Source of the DNA: an uncultured bacterium
GTDB taxonomy: Bacteria; GCA-001730085
Direction: 5' to 3'
Assembly: GCA_964565945.1 (NCBI GenBank)
Contig: CAZMGY010000030.1
Span: 1-32,000 of the forward strand
DNA length: 32,000 nt
Position 1 is the stretch's first letter. Each line of letters starts with the position of its first letter. The position numbers and the translations under genes were made by a program. The notes beneath the pieces were generated by a model. That model made no database searches. It saw only the letters and a list, made by a program, of their open reading frames with translations, and was not told the DNA's origin. Below are positions 1 through 8,999 of the stretch, piece by piece.

Positions 1-93
1 TTGGGATGGCACAGCAAGACCCTGGGCTAATTCAAATGAAAATGTTGTGAACAAAAACATTTGGATAATCAGAATAACCACTATTTGCTTCAC
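1..93 (-). CDS. Start of a CDS that runs off the left edge; hydrophobic signal-peptide-like N-terminus, product unknown
   Basis: The reverse strand reads GTG(93..91) KQIVVILIIQMFLFTTFSFELAQGLAVPSQ and stays open to position 1. A GGGTGG Shine-Dalgarno-like run lies 5 nt upstream. Only 31 codons are visible. Confidence 0.3.
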   Translation of the reverse strand, partial: MKQIVVILIIQMFLFTTFSFELAQGLAVPSQ

Positions 94-155
94 TAAAGCC
101 ACCCTTTCTTTTTTCGAAAACAGGAAGAGCCCTCTTAAAAAATATTTAAACCTAT

Positions 156-185
156 AGTATATCATATAATTAGGAATTATTGCAA
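156..185 (-). promoter_or_regulatory. Candidate sigma70-type promoter for the left-edge gene
   Basis: The reverse strand reads TTGCAA (185..180), an 18-nt spacer, then TATACT (161..156), about 60 nt upstream of the GTG at 93. Confidence 0.3.
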
Positions 186-880
186 AAAACATTAACACCT
201 ATCCACACACCCTTAAGCATCACATTTTTCTAAAATATAACGGGTTTTGCTCCTTCTTAGCTTATCTTTGCCTCTTTTTCCCCAAAACTACCTGAATAAG
301 ACCACTTTTGGCACAACTGTCTTTATTAAGCACTCAATTCGAATAATTTTATTAGGGCTATGTTTTTTAATTCTTGACGACGACTCACAGCATCACGCCC
401 TACAATTTCAAGAAGATTTTTCCTGCTTGACCTTGTGGAATTTTATTTAAAGTTACTTCACCTACATTCGCTCCTAACTCCAAAATCGTACGAAACTCCT
501 CTTGACCTCTCTAGGAATAACCTTTATACTTTCCTCATTCGCAACACCCCGATCGTTCAAGCAGAAGGAAATCACCGTCCATTAACCTTATGAACTTGTC
601 CTAAATTTGCTAAATTATCAATCATAAAGAGAAAACATATAAACTTATCCTTATTTCTAAATTCAGTTTTCAATATCTTCTCAATGCATTATATAATATT
701 TTTATAGAATAAAAAGAATCTTGGTTAACTAAAACTTTATAAGACCTGTACCCTGATGCGTGAAGCCAGTGGAAAGGTGTGCCACCGAAAGAAGTGCAAG
801 GTTACCACCCAGAGCGATCACAAGTTAAAAAATATAAATTCTTATCCGACCTTCAGCAAATAATTCTTCTAGATTTCATC

Positions 881-3800
881 TTACAAAACAGCATAGTTTT
901 TCTCATTGTGATAATCATCCAAAATAGCGGTTACTTGCTTAAAGGCATCTTCATCCAACTCAATTTTGGTGCACAGCTTATAAAGAAAAGCAAATTCTTG
1001 TCTAGCACTAGGCCACAATACAAGTGCTTTCTGATAAAATTCCATAGCTTCATTAAAACGCTTGGCTTTAAAAAAGATATTAAAGAGATACTTATAAACA
1101 ACCTTATCCTCGGGATTAATATCAAGGCACTTTTGAAAGTAAACAATCGCCTCAGACATTTTTCCTAGTTTGTAATACAAAGCCGCCAATCGCTTAAGTA
1201 AATCGGTGTTGCGAGGGAAACGGATTAAGCAGTTTTCCAAAAGATGAATTGCATCCATGAATTTTTTTTGAATATAAAAAATATTAAACAAATAAAGATA
1301 AAGCCACGGATTAGAATCTTCCAAACTGTCTTCATCCAAAGATATCAATTCTCTGTAATACTCTTCGGCGTAATCATATTTTTTGCGCGAATGATAAACC
1401 TCGAACAAATGATTGTAAGCCATCGTGTTATAAGGCCACCTGCGAACAATTCCTTTGAAAAGATCCAAAGCTTCAATTTCTTTTTCGAAATGGACATAAA
1501 TGCTACCCAAATCTACATAGCGCTGTTCGTTATTTTCATCCAAGCGAATGGCATCTTCAAAACACTGCACACAATCTTTGTAGCGACCAGTTTTTTTGTA
1601 AATCGCTCCTAACTGAGTGTAAAGATCAATATGTATATCATTTTGATGAATAGCCTGTCTCAAAACACGCACAGACTCAGAATAGTCTTCCATTTCTTCT
1701 AACAAGAAAGCCCTTTTCCGATAAAAATCAATCTCATAAGGAAACCTTAGAATAGCTTCCTTATACAAGGCAGATGCATCATTACAACGGCTCAACTTCT
1801 CATAGACCGCCCCTAACTTCTGAAAAACAGACTTATGGGTATCATTGATCTTAATTGCACGCTTATAGTTATCAATAGCCTGATCGTAATGTTTAAGCTT
1901 GTAATGCACCGCAGCCATTTTGAGAGGAAATTCTTCGTCCTTAGACCAACGCCGATAGGCTTTAGCATAAACATCAATAGCGTCTTCATAATGCTCCAGC
2001 TGACATCGCAAAGCAAACAAATTAAGGTAGGTTTGCCGATGATTAGGGGCTATTTCGAGCATTTTGAGAAAAACCTCTTCGGCATTCAACCACTGTTTCA
2101 TTCGGTAGAATAAGCTTGCCAGTTTTTGATGCAGTTCAAAATCAATGGGGAAAAAACGCACAGCTTTTTTAAGAGTTTCAACAGCCATCACTTTATTTTT
2201 ATTCTGAAAGCACATGTGATACAAATTAAGAAAATCTTCCCGTTCCTCGGGGCAAATCCTTAAGGCATTGCTATAATCCTGAATATCGCAATAAAGTTGA
2301 AACAAATTGGCATAGCACAATTTGTTTCCTGGTGAAATTTTAAGAGCATCACGATACAAATCAATCGCTCGCGCATACTCTTTTCTCTCACGATAAACCT
2401 CGCCCAATTCTAAATAAAATGCCAGTTCCTTCGAAAAACGTCCGATGGCTTTTTGGCAAATATCGACAACTCGGTCTTGCTTAAGTCCCCCCTTACTTAA
2501 CTGAATCAGCTTACGGTATATCTCCACCTGAAGCGGGTCAAGCGATATCGACAAATAATACATATCTGCCGCAAGATTCGAACGCCCTTGCTTTTCGCAC
2601 AATTGCCCCAACCATAAGGCAAATTTAGCTTCTTGAGGAAATTTTTGCTGCAATTCGCGACAGGTCTGGACAGCATCCTCAACATCTTCTTGTTCTATGA
2701 TAATTTCACCTAACAAAAGCGCCAAAGTCAAATCATCAGAAGATTTTTGAATCCCTTGGTCTAAAATAGATTTGGCCTTTTCATTCTCACCCAATTTGTA
2801 CTCAAGCAAAGCCCATTCATGATACTGTTCGGGCGCATTGAAACCTGGGGATAACTTTTCACATAAATTTCTGGCCTTTTCGTATTCGTTAAAGTCTTGA
2901 TAGTGTTTAACCAAGTGTGTCATAGTTAAAACATCAGTAGGGTAATGGTTCAATGACTTTTCGAGAACTTCAATCCCAGCATAGATGTTGTCTTGAGAAA
3001 CTGCTTTTTGGTAAATGAAATGAAAATGATCGACTTTTCTGGAAACTGCTTCTGCAGCTACAACATAAGCCCCCAACTTCAAGCAGACTTGTTCAATTGG
3101 ACCCTGAAGCTGCAAATTCAAGTACTGTGACCGTTGGTATAAATACAAGACATCATAGTCGAGCTTCAAGTGCAACGCTAAATCGTAGGCCTCCTGCAAA
3201 ACATCGGTATTGGTCAGATCTTGCTCCACAAGGCGATACATCCAAGACATCGCTTCGTGGACATAACTTTCCTCCATAGCAACCTCGATAGCTCCCTGAT
3301 AAAGCTTTGTGTTTTTCGGAAAACGAAAGAGCAATCGTTCGCAAACGCCCATCGCGTTACTAAAACCTTCACTTTGCTTAACTTGATCAAGCAAGACCTC
3401 GATGGCTTCGTTATCCCCCATAACAATATCTGCGGCGGTTAAAAAATCTCCAACCTCACAACAGACGTCGTAAATGGATTCGTAATTCATTTTTTCTTCG
3501 GGATACAACTGAATCGTTTGCTTATAGAAATCCAGCGCCACTTGTTTTCGATTCATCTTAAGATAAATTTGATATTGCAAACGCATTAATTTTTGAGGTT
3601 TTTTGATATTTTGACGCGATCGTTCGGCAAACTTAAGCGCATAATCTAGTTTACCTTGCTTAATATAAAGCTCTGTCAGCATCACCAACACATCATCATC
3701 ATTCCCGCAATAACGTAAGGCTTTTTTTAATGTTTCGATAGCATCCCTATTCTTATTCACTTCTCTATACGCTTTGGCCAAAGACAGGTAAAAAGCTTTG

Positions 3801-4597
3801 ACCTGAGGCGCCACCGTAATCAGTTGAGAAAAAACCTTCACGGATTCAGAATGACTTTGTGTATGACTCAACAAAAGACGTAAGTAATGATGAGCCACTT
3901 CATGTGACGGCATCATCTTGAGCGTTTTAAAAAATTCGTCCAAAGTTTCTTGGTAAACATTCGTCTTAAGAGCCAAATCATAAAGAGCCTTAAAGGCTGG
4001 TTGGCAATCGATATTATGGCTTATAACCCAACGAAAAGTATTCTGTGCAATCGCAATCCACTCTTTTTGGTCGTCAAGAAGCTCCAAAATATATTTATAC
4101 AAATGCTCACACGATGGCTGTTCTTCCAAAACCGTGCAAAAGGCCTTAAAAATTACTTCACGGTCCTCTTCATCGTCTTTGGCTCTTTGAAAAAGATGTC
4201 GCAACACATCATCTCTGTAAGCAAAAAATTGGACAATTTTTTTATATTTTTTGTGCTTAAAATAAAGTTCGGTCAACTTGGGCGCAAAAGTGTCTTGATC
4301 CGAAGAGATTCTCAGCGCCATTTCAAAAGCCGTAATCGCAGACTCATCACGACCCGCACTGTAGTAAATATCGCCTAATTGGATATAAAAATAACTCTCT
4401 TTGGGAAACTCTTTGCTCGCCTTTTCAAAAACCTGTGTTGCTTCATGATAAAGCCCCAATTGAATCGAATAGGTCACCAAACCATTATAAGCATCTCGAT
4501 TGCTTTTATCTTGCTCTATCAGCCCTTTAAAGCGCATTATTTCGCGCCTAGCAAATTGAATTTCAGCATCCGTAACCAAACGCTTGAATTCATCCAT
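881..4597 (-). CDS. Very large tetratricopeptide-repeat (TPR) protein, about 1238 aa
   Basis: Uninterrupted 3.7-kb ORF. The product is TPR-like 34-residue repeats end to end, e.g. YIQLGDIYYSAGRDESAITAFEMALRISSDQ and YLELGEVYRERKEYARAIDLYRDALKISPGN, with no recognisable catalytic domain. The ATG at 4597 (MDEFKRL) has GAGGG 9 nt upstream. The ORF-track start at 4606 is a GTG. Confidence 0.85.
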   Translation of the reverse strand: MDEFKRLVTDAEIQFARREIMRFKGLIEQDKSNRDAYNGLVTYSIQLGLYHEATQVFEKASKEFPKESYFYIQLGDIYYSAGRDESAITAFEMALRISSDQDTFAPKLTELYFKHKKYKKIVQFFAYRDDVLRHLFQRAKDDEEDREVIFKAFCTVLEEQPSCEHLYKYILELLDDQKEWIAIAQNTFRWVISHNIDCQPAFKALYDLALKTNVYQETLDEFFKTLKMMPSHEVAHHYLRLLLSHTQSHSESVKVFSQLITVAPQVKAFYLSLAKAYREVNKNRDAIETLKKALRYCGNDDDVLVMLTELYIKQGKLDYALKFAERSRQNIKKPQKLMRLQYQIYLKMNRKQVALDFYKQTIQLYPEEKMNYESIYDVCCEVGDFLTAADIVMGDNEAIEVLLDQVKQSEGFSNAMGVCERLLFRFPKNTKLYQGAIEVAMEESYVHEAMSWMYRLVEQDLTNTDVLQEAYDLALHLKLDYDVLYLYQRSQYLNLQLQGPIEQVCLKLGAYVVAAEAVSRKVDHFHFIYQKAVSQDNIYAGIEVLEKSLNHYPTDVLTMTHLVKHYQDFNEYEKARNLCEKLSPGFNAPEQYHEWALLEYKLGENEKAKSILDQGIQKSSDDLTLALLLGEIIIEQEDVEDAVQTCRELQQKFPQEAKFALWLGQLCEKQGRSNLAADMYYLSISLDPLQVEIYRKLIQLSKGGLKQDRVVDICQKAIGRFSKELAFYLELGEVYRERKEYARAIDLYRDALKISPGNKLCYANLFQLYCDIQDYSNALRICPEEREDFLNLYHMCFQNKNKVMAVETLKKAVRFFPIDFELHQKLASLFYRMKQWLNAEEVFLKMLEIAPNHRQTYLNLFALRCQLEHYEDAIDVYAKAYRRWSKDEEFPLKMAAVHYKLKHYDQAIDNYKRAIKINDTHKSVFQKLGAVYEKLSRCNDASALYKEAILRFPYEIDFYRKRAFLLEEMEDYSESVRVLRQAIHQNDIHIDLYTQLGAIYKKTGRYKDCVQCFEDAIRLDENNEQRYVDLGSIYVHFEKEIEALDLFKGIVRRWPYNTMAYNHLFEVYHSRKKYDYAEEYYRELISLDEDSLEDSNPWLYLYLFNIFYIQKKFMDAIHLLENCLIRFPRNTDLLKRLAALYYKLGKMSEAIVYFQKCLDINPEDKVVYKYLFNIFFKAKRFNEAMEFYQKALVLWPSARQEFAFLYKLCTKIELDEDAFKQVTAILDDYHNEKNYAVL

Positions 4598-4609
4598 CAC
4601 ACACAACCC

Positions 4610-5716
4610 TCAAAACGACATCAAAATTTCAAGAATCTTATTATAAACATTCTGTCCCGCTTGTGTTAAGTAAACTTTTGAATCTGTTGTCACCCAACCT
4701 TCCTTTTCTAAAGATTGCACAATATCCCTATCCAGTTTGTCATACACAACACCTTCACGCGTTCTTAAACCTAACAAAAGATTCTCCAAATCTTTTTGCT
4801 CATCACTCAATTGTTCTTGCTCCCCAGGGGGCAATTGATCAGTTTGCAAAGCCTTCACATACTGAGAAACAGAAGCTATGTTTTGCGAACGCACACAATC
4901 ACCATCAAACGAATGGGCCGATGGTCCCAAACCTACATAGGGCTTCCCCTGCCAATAGCCCCAGTTGTGTTTCGATTCCCACTGTCGCTCTTTCGCATAA
5001 TTCGATATTTCATAACGTTCATAACCCGCCTGGAACAATTGCTCCGACACCAGCTGTAATTGATCCACCTCTTCATCTTCATGGGGCAAAACCAATCGTT
5101 CAGGTCGATACTTGAGCCATTTCCCCCAAACTGACTGAGGTTCCAAATTTAATGTATACACCGAAAAATGAGGTGCCTGCCAGTCAAGCGCACGCTTCAG
5201 AGAGTATTGCAAAGAGTCTATACTCTGCTCGGGACAACAGGTCATTAAATCGATACTTACATTATTCAAACCCACTTGACCCAATATATCCCACGAATTT
5301 TCAACATCCGTTTCACGATGACCACGCCCCAAAACCTGTAACTGATCATCCACAAAAGATTGCACCCCCAAACTAATCCGGTTCACACCATGATCTTTCC
5401 AGGTCTGCGCCAAACACTTATCGAAAGTTGCGGGATCAGCTTCGAGAGTATGCTCTTGAAGCTGAGATAAATCAAAATGCTCCCACAAAGTCTGCACAAT
5501 ACGTTCAAATTGAGACATTTTTAGCAGTGATGGGGTCCCTCCCCCCCAATACACAGTATCCACAACACAACGATCCGAAAATTGATGAGCTCTTAAGACA
5601 ATTTCGCGACAGAGCGCCACAACAAACGCATTTTGACCTTTATGATTAGCCGTGCGATAAAAATCACAATAAGGACAAACCTGCGCACAATAAGGAATAT
5701 GGATATAAATCATCAT
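4610..5716 (-). CDS. hemW: Radical-SAM HemW/YggW-type protein (HemN-like heme chaperone / coproporphyrinogen III oxidase-like)
   Basis: N-terminal CxxxCxxC radical-SAM motif (YCAQVCPYCDF), a GGGTPS motif, and an HNWGYWQGKPYVGLGPSAHSF HemN_C-type segment. The 368-aa size fits HemW rather than HemN. The TGA stop is 12 nt before the TPR gene ATG. Confidence 0.85.
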   Translation of the reverse strand: MMIYIHIPYCAQVCPYCDFYRTANHKGQNAFVVALCREIVLRAHQFSDRCVVDTVYWGGGTPSLLKMSQFERIVQTLWEHFDLSQLQEHTLEADPATFDKCLAQTWKDHGVNRISLGVQSFVDDQLQVLGRGHRETDVENSWDILGQVGLNNVSIDLMTCCPEQSIDSLQYSLKRALDWQAPHFSVYTLNLEPQSVWGKWLKYRPERLVLPHEDEEVDQLQLVSEQLFQAGYERYEISNYAKERQWESKHNWGYWQGKPYVGLGPSAHSFDGDCVRSQNIASVSQYVKALQTDQLPPGEQEQLSDEQKDLENLLLGLRTREGVVYDKLDRDIVQSLEKEGWVTTDSKVYLTQAGQNVYNKILEILMSF

Positions 5717-5859
5717 AGATGATTATTATCACTGAGGAGCACCCAAATAGATACTAAAATAATATATAATAAACAGTTTTTTTTAATTTAATACACAAAG
5801 TTTTCTTTCATGCAATCATTGCTAAACTATATATTTCTTCTTATCTTTTTTTTATTTTT

Positions 5860-5945
5860 CGGAGGAGGTAGGATTCGAACCCACGGACCCGTGAAGGTCA
5901 ACGGTTTTCAAGACCGCCGCAATCGGCCAGCTCTGCCACTCCTCC
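5860..5945 (-). tRNA. tRNA-Ser, anticodon UGA
   Basis: The reverse complement is GGAGGAGTGGCAGAGCTGGCCGATTGCGGCGGTCTTGAAAACCGTTGACCTTCACGGGTCCGTGGGTTCGAATCCTACCTCCTCCG. It has a 7-bp acceptor stem (GGAGGAG/CTCCTCC), anticodon loop CTTGAAA, a long class II variable arm and a GGTTCGAATCC T-arm. No CCA is encoded. Confidence 0.92.
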
Positions 5946-5983
5946 AAAATTCTCTAAACTTTATTGCCATTTTGAAGACGACC

Positions 5984-6013
5984 ATTATACACGAAACACA
6001 GCAAACATGTCGA
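5984..6013 (-). promoter_or_regulatory. Candidate promoter for tRNA-Ser
   Basis: The reverse strand reads TCGACA (6013..6008), an 18-nt spacer, then TATAAT (5989..5984), about 39 nt upstream of the mature tRNA 5' end. Confidence 0.4.
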
Positions 6014-6317
6014 GTCCCAATCCTTCTCCAAAAAAGAACCCCCAAGCCCCCCAAGCAAAAAGAAAAAGCTCTAAACCGCGGTCTTGGCTTTTTTCAAAAA
6101 TCGCACCATTATCTTGTGAATAAAATTTTTCTAAAATTAGAAAGATTTATCGCCTTGCTCGGCTTGAGATATAAGTTGCACCTATTCTTAAATATCACCC
6201 AAACGTTGGACAGCTGTCGCTAATCACAAAGTTCGTTCGTATTATCTTCGAAGCATTTGTTCGCGAATCTATTAAAACATAGCAACACCTTCCTTGCTTT
6301 TAACATTGCTGTTTATC

Positions 6318-6929
6318 CTAAGTCTGAGATAAAACCTTAAGGTAAAGCACAGAAAAATGCTGTAATATATCGCGCATTAAGCGCTCCTTGTCCCAAACTT
6401 GGGGATGTGCAATTAACAAAGACGTCGCTTGGTCCAAAACGGCACGATCAAAGAAACTTTGAGACGTCGTCACATTAAGACCAATCCCGAGAGCCACGAC
6501 CTTCAAACGGTTCTTATGCAACGAACCTTCTTGTAAGACACCACATATTTTGCGCCCACTCAGTAGGACATCGTTGGGCCATTTAATACTTAGTTGTAAA
6601 CTTTGTGAACTTTGAGCTTGGACCGCATGAATTACCGCCTGCCCAGCCCAATAGTTCAGTTGTAAATAATCGTCCAAAGAGCACTCAGGTCGAAGTAACA
6701 AACTCATCAGTAACATCCCTTCAGAATCATCTTTCCAGGCTCCATTGCGACCTCGACCAGCTGTTTGGTGATCTGCCGCAATCACCAAACCTTCAGGTTC
6801 GTTGCTTTCAAAAAACACTTTGACATCATTATTGGTGCTATGAGTTGTGGGTTTGTGGATTATGCGATAATTCAAGAGAGAATCATTTTTATTGCTTTTT
6901 AGAGAGAGCTTTAGCGCCGTAGGTATCAA
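6318..6929 (-). CDS. birA: Biotin--[acetyl-CoA-carboxylase] ligase, group I (no N-terminal HTH repressor domain)
   Basis: GRGRNGAWKD biotinyl-AMP loop (GRGRxGRxW type) and an IKWPNDVLLSGRKICGVLQE motif. The 203-aa product leaves no room for a DNA-binding domain. The start is uncertain: the ORF-track start is a TTG that overlaps the upstream gene by 41 nt, and an in-frame TTG at 6875 is an alternative. Confidence 0.8.
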   Translation of the reverse strand: MIPTALKLSLKSNKNDSLLNYRIIHKPTTHSTNNDVKVFFESNEPEGLVIAADHQTAGRGRNGAWKDDSEGMLLMSLLLRPECSLDDYLQLNYWAGQAVIHAVQAQSSQSLQLSIKWPNDVLLSGRKICGVLQEGSLHKNRLKVVALGIGLNVTTSQSFFDRAVLDQATSLLIAHPQVWDKERLMRDILQHFSVLYLKVLSQT

Positions 6930-7923
6930 TCAAGCGATTGATATCGGTCGATTTGATATCAAAACCGTCTTGAGTGAAAGGCATAAGCAAAATCTTTTTA
7001 CCTTGAAGCGCTTTAGCAATTTCGATCTTCACTCTAGCCAAACCGCCATCTCCTGTTAAAGCTTCATTCATCTTACGAATTGCATCGGCACGAGCCTTAC
7101 CTTCAATCTTAATTGCAATGGCTTCACGTTTTTTTTCTTCAAAGTAAGCGTCCGCGGCCAAAACAGCCTGCTGATATTCTCCATCAACCTTAGCCCGCAT
7201 TTCTTCGACATCTCCATTGGCATCCTCAAGCTTTTTCTTATACGCCTCTTTGGCTGCCTTGGTCTCAGAAATATACTTTTGTGCCTGCTGATCCGCCACT
7301 TTTTTGTCCTTAATCGCGCGTTCATACGAAACATTAAATCGATAATCCTTGGTCTTCACCGCCTCAATCAAAATTCCATAAGGGTTAAGCAAGTTATTCA
7401 AAGAGTCCGCCACTTTATGCGCTTTTTCCGAGCGCTTGATCGGATCATAAAATTGCTCGGTGCTTAACTCTCCAAAAATATCTCTTGGCTTACTTCGCGC
7501 AACCGAGCGCACAATATGATTTTTGATGTCTTGGTCAGACAAACCCACATATTGCAAAATATAAGCGGCTTTCTTTGGATCAATTTGGTAAGTGATAATC
7601 ACATCCAAACTAATATCGTTTCCATCGATGGTTTTAAAAACCAAGTCATCTTTGGCTCGCACATCCCCACTGCTGGCATCAAGAGTCATCTCAAGTGTTT
7701 TCAAAGTGATGTCCAAGGTGTACCAATCATTTAACAAAGACAAAAAGAAATAAATTCCTGGTTTATAAGGCTGCTCAACCACACCCGACTGCCCCAAAAT
7801 ACCAATTTTTTTGACCCGTATACCAACTTCGGTCGATTCTACCTTATGAGGCATACAGCCACTCACCACTGGTAAAGCCAGCAACATACATAATATCAAA
7901 AGTTTGCCCAATCTATTGTCCAT
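6889..7923 (-). CDS. SPFH/band-7 (prohibitin/HflC-like) protein with a lipoprotein signal peptide
   Basis: From the ATG at 7923 the product starts MDNRLGKLLILCMLLALPVVSGC, a lipobox (L-x-x-C type). An SPFH core follows (VGIRVKKIG...YKPGIYFF...VIITYQIDP), then a long charged coiled-coil tail. This ATG overlaps the upstream SPFH gene's TAG stop by 11 nt. Confidence 0.8.
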   Translation of the reverse strand: MDNRLGKLLILCMLLALPVVSGCMPHKVESTEVGIRVKKIGILGQSGVVEQPYKPGIYFFLSLLNDWYTLDITLKTLEMTLDASSGDVRAKDDLVFKTIDGNDISLDVIITYQIDPKKAAYILQYVGLSDQDIKNHIVRSVARSKPRDIFGELSTEQFYDPIKRSEKAHKVADSLNNLLNPYGILIEAVKTKDYRFNVSYERAIKDKKVADQQAQKYISETKAAKEAYKKKLEDANGDVEEMRAKVDGEYQQAVLAADAYFEEKKREAIAIKIEGKARADAIRKMNEALTGDGGLARVKIEIAKALQGKKILLMPFTQDGFDIKSTDINRLIDTYGAKALSKKQ

Positions 7924-8968
7924 TTTCGACTCCAAACATTTTGACAACCCTGTCCAAGTCAAGAGGGTTCAAACCATCTTGGCCCGCACTGGGCAAAATA
8001 ATTATTTCCAAACCTTGCAATGTTTTAGCCATTTCAAGGCCTACACGACGATCAATCCCTGGACTTTTAAAAGCCTCATTCATCATCTTATCTTTTTCCG
8101 CCTTAGCCAAATTAATAAGCAAATTGGCCTCGGCACGAGTCTGCCGCATGTAGAGATCTTTGTCAGCATTTTTCTTCTGCACGTAAGCCTTGCCTTCTTG
8201 CAAACGCACCAAAATCTTAGCTTTACCTTCTTGTCTCACTTTTCTTAGTTTATTGCGTTGCTCTGCTGCACGAGATTCTGACTGGTTCTTAAACGCAGCT
8301 TGATCTTTTAGTTTTTTATCTTCAATGTTGCGTTGAATCTCATCGGTATAGTGAAAATAACGAAGCAATATATGGTCGATAGTAAGCCCCTTTGGTTCTA
8401 ATTCGCTCTGAAGTAACCTTTGGGCTAACTCAACTTTCTGAACACGTAAGGGACTATTGTAAAAGTCTTCAGTGGTTAAAGTCCCTAAAGCCTCCTTGAG
8501 AACAGGCTCAGCCTTGGGCAAAATCCCTTGGCGAATAAAACGATCTCCAGGTCCAATGGTCGTAATAACTTTATAGGGGTCTTGAATACGATAAAAAATG
8601 GACACATCCACATCTACAAAGAACCCATCGGAAGTTTGAATCCGCACCGCATTTTGAAACACACGTTTACCACGATTCCTCGAGGGCAAGCGGTTAGTCA
8701 TTTCTAGCACTTGAACATTTTTAGGAAAATGATGCATTTCTTGAAAACTAAGCGGCAACACAAGATGTAGACCTGTATCATACACTTTTTCACGAATCCC
8801 TTTGTTGGCACCAATATTGATTTTTTTAATACCATATTCGTTGGGTTTAATGTACACAAAGCAAGTGTTAAAAACAAAAGCACTCACCAAAATCAGTGCA
8901 AAAAAACCCGTTACAAACGACGGATTGCGTGTAAAAAAATTGTCATTTTGTTTATCAAAATTTTCCAT
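7913..8968 (-). CDS. SPFH/band-7 (HflK/HflC-like) protein with an N-terminal transmembrane anchor
   Basis: An N-terminal hydrophobic helix (FVTGFFALILVSAFVFNTCFVYI) precedes an SPFH core (YGIKKINIG...GLHLVLP...VDVSIFYRIQDP) and a coiled-coil C-terminal region. Confidence 0.8.
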   Translation of the reverse strand: MENFDKQNDNFFTRNPSFVTGFFALILVSAFVFNTCFVYIKPNEYGIKKINIGANKGIREKVYDTGLHLVLPLSFQEMHHFPKNVQVLEMTNRLPSRNRGKRVFQNAVRIQTSDGFFVDVDVSIFYRIQDPYKVITTIGPGDRFIRQGILPKAEPVLKEALGTLTTEDFYNSPLRVQKVELAQRLLQSELEPKGLTIDHILLRYFHYTDEIQRNIEDKKLKDQAAFKNQSESRAAEQRNKLRKVRQEGKAKILVRLQEGKAYVQKKNADKDLYMRQTRAEANLLINLAKAEKDKMMNEAFKSPGIDRRVGLEMAKTLQGLEIIILPSAGQDGLNPLDLDRVVKMFGVENGQ

Positions 8969-8999
8969 GAACTCAACTGTACCATATCTTTTTCATTTG

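Noticed and set aside
745-830. I considered whether the GC-rich patch is an SRP (4.5S) RNA, because of the CCGAAAGAAGTGCAAGG segment.
   Set aside because: It lacks the conserved GGAA/AGCA helix-8 landmarks, and I could not find complementary 5' and 3' arms on either strand.
756-863. A 35-codon plus-strand ORF, MREASGKVCHRKKCKVTTQSDHKLKNINSYPTFSK, inside the GC-rich island. It is superficially reminiscent of ribosomal protein L36 (RASVKKxCxxCKV).
   Set aside because: It has no Shine-Dalgarno motif, the Cys spacing differs (CxxxxC versus CxxC), the second Cys/His pair is missing, and the genomic context is wrong for rpmJ. The resemblance is probably chance.
247-1168. Plus-strand ORFs at 247..450 (67 aa) and 779..1168 (129 aa).
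   Set aside because: Both use non-ATG starts without a ribosome-binding site. The second is mostly antisense to the TPR gene. Neither has a recognisable motif.
6040-6057. A tandem CCCCCAAGC x2 repeat (G-rich on the minus strand) in the birA/tRNA-Ser spacer, considered as a possible G-quadruplex or repeat element.
   Set aside because: There are only two G-runs, and four are needed for a quadruplex. With only two copies there is no flanking structure. I note it only as part of the recurring TTGGGGG motif mentioned in the spacer finding.
5810-6223. A 137-aa plus-strand ORF spanning the tRNA-Ser locus.
   Set aside because: It reads straight through the antisense of a clear tRNA gene (the FGGGRIRTHGP segment is the tRNA complement), and the rest is low-complexity sequence.
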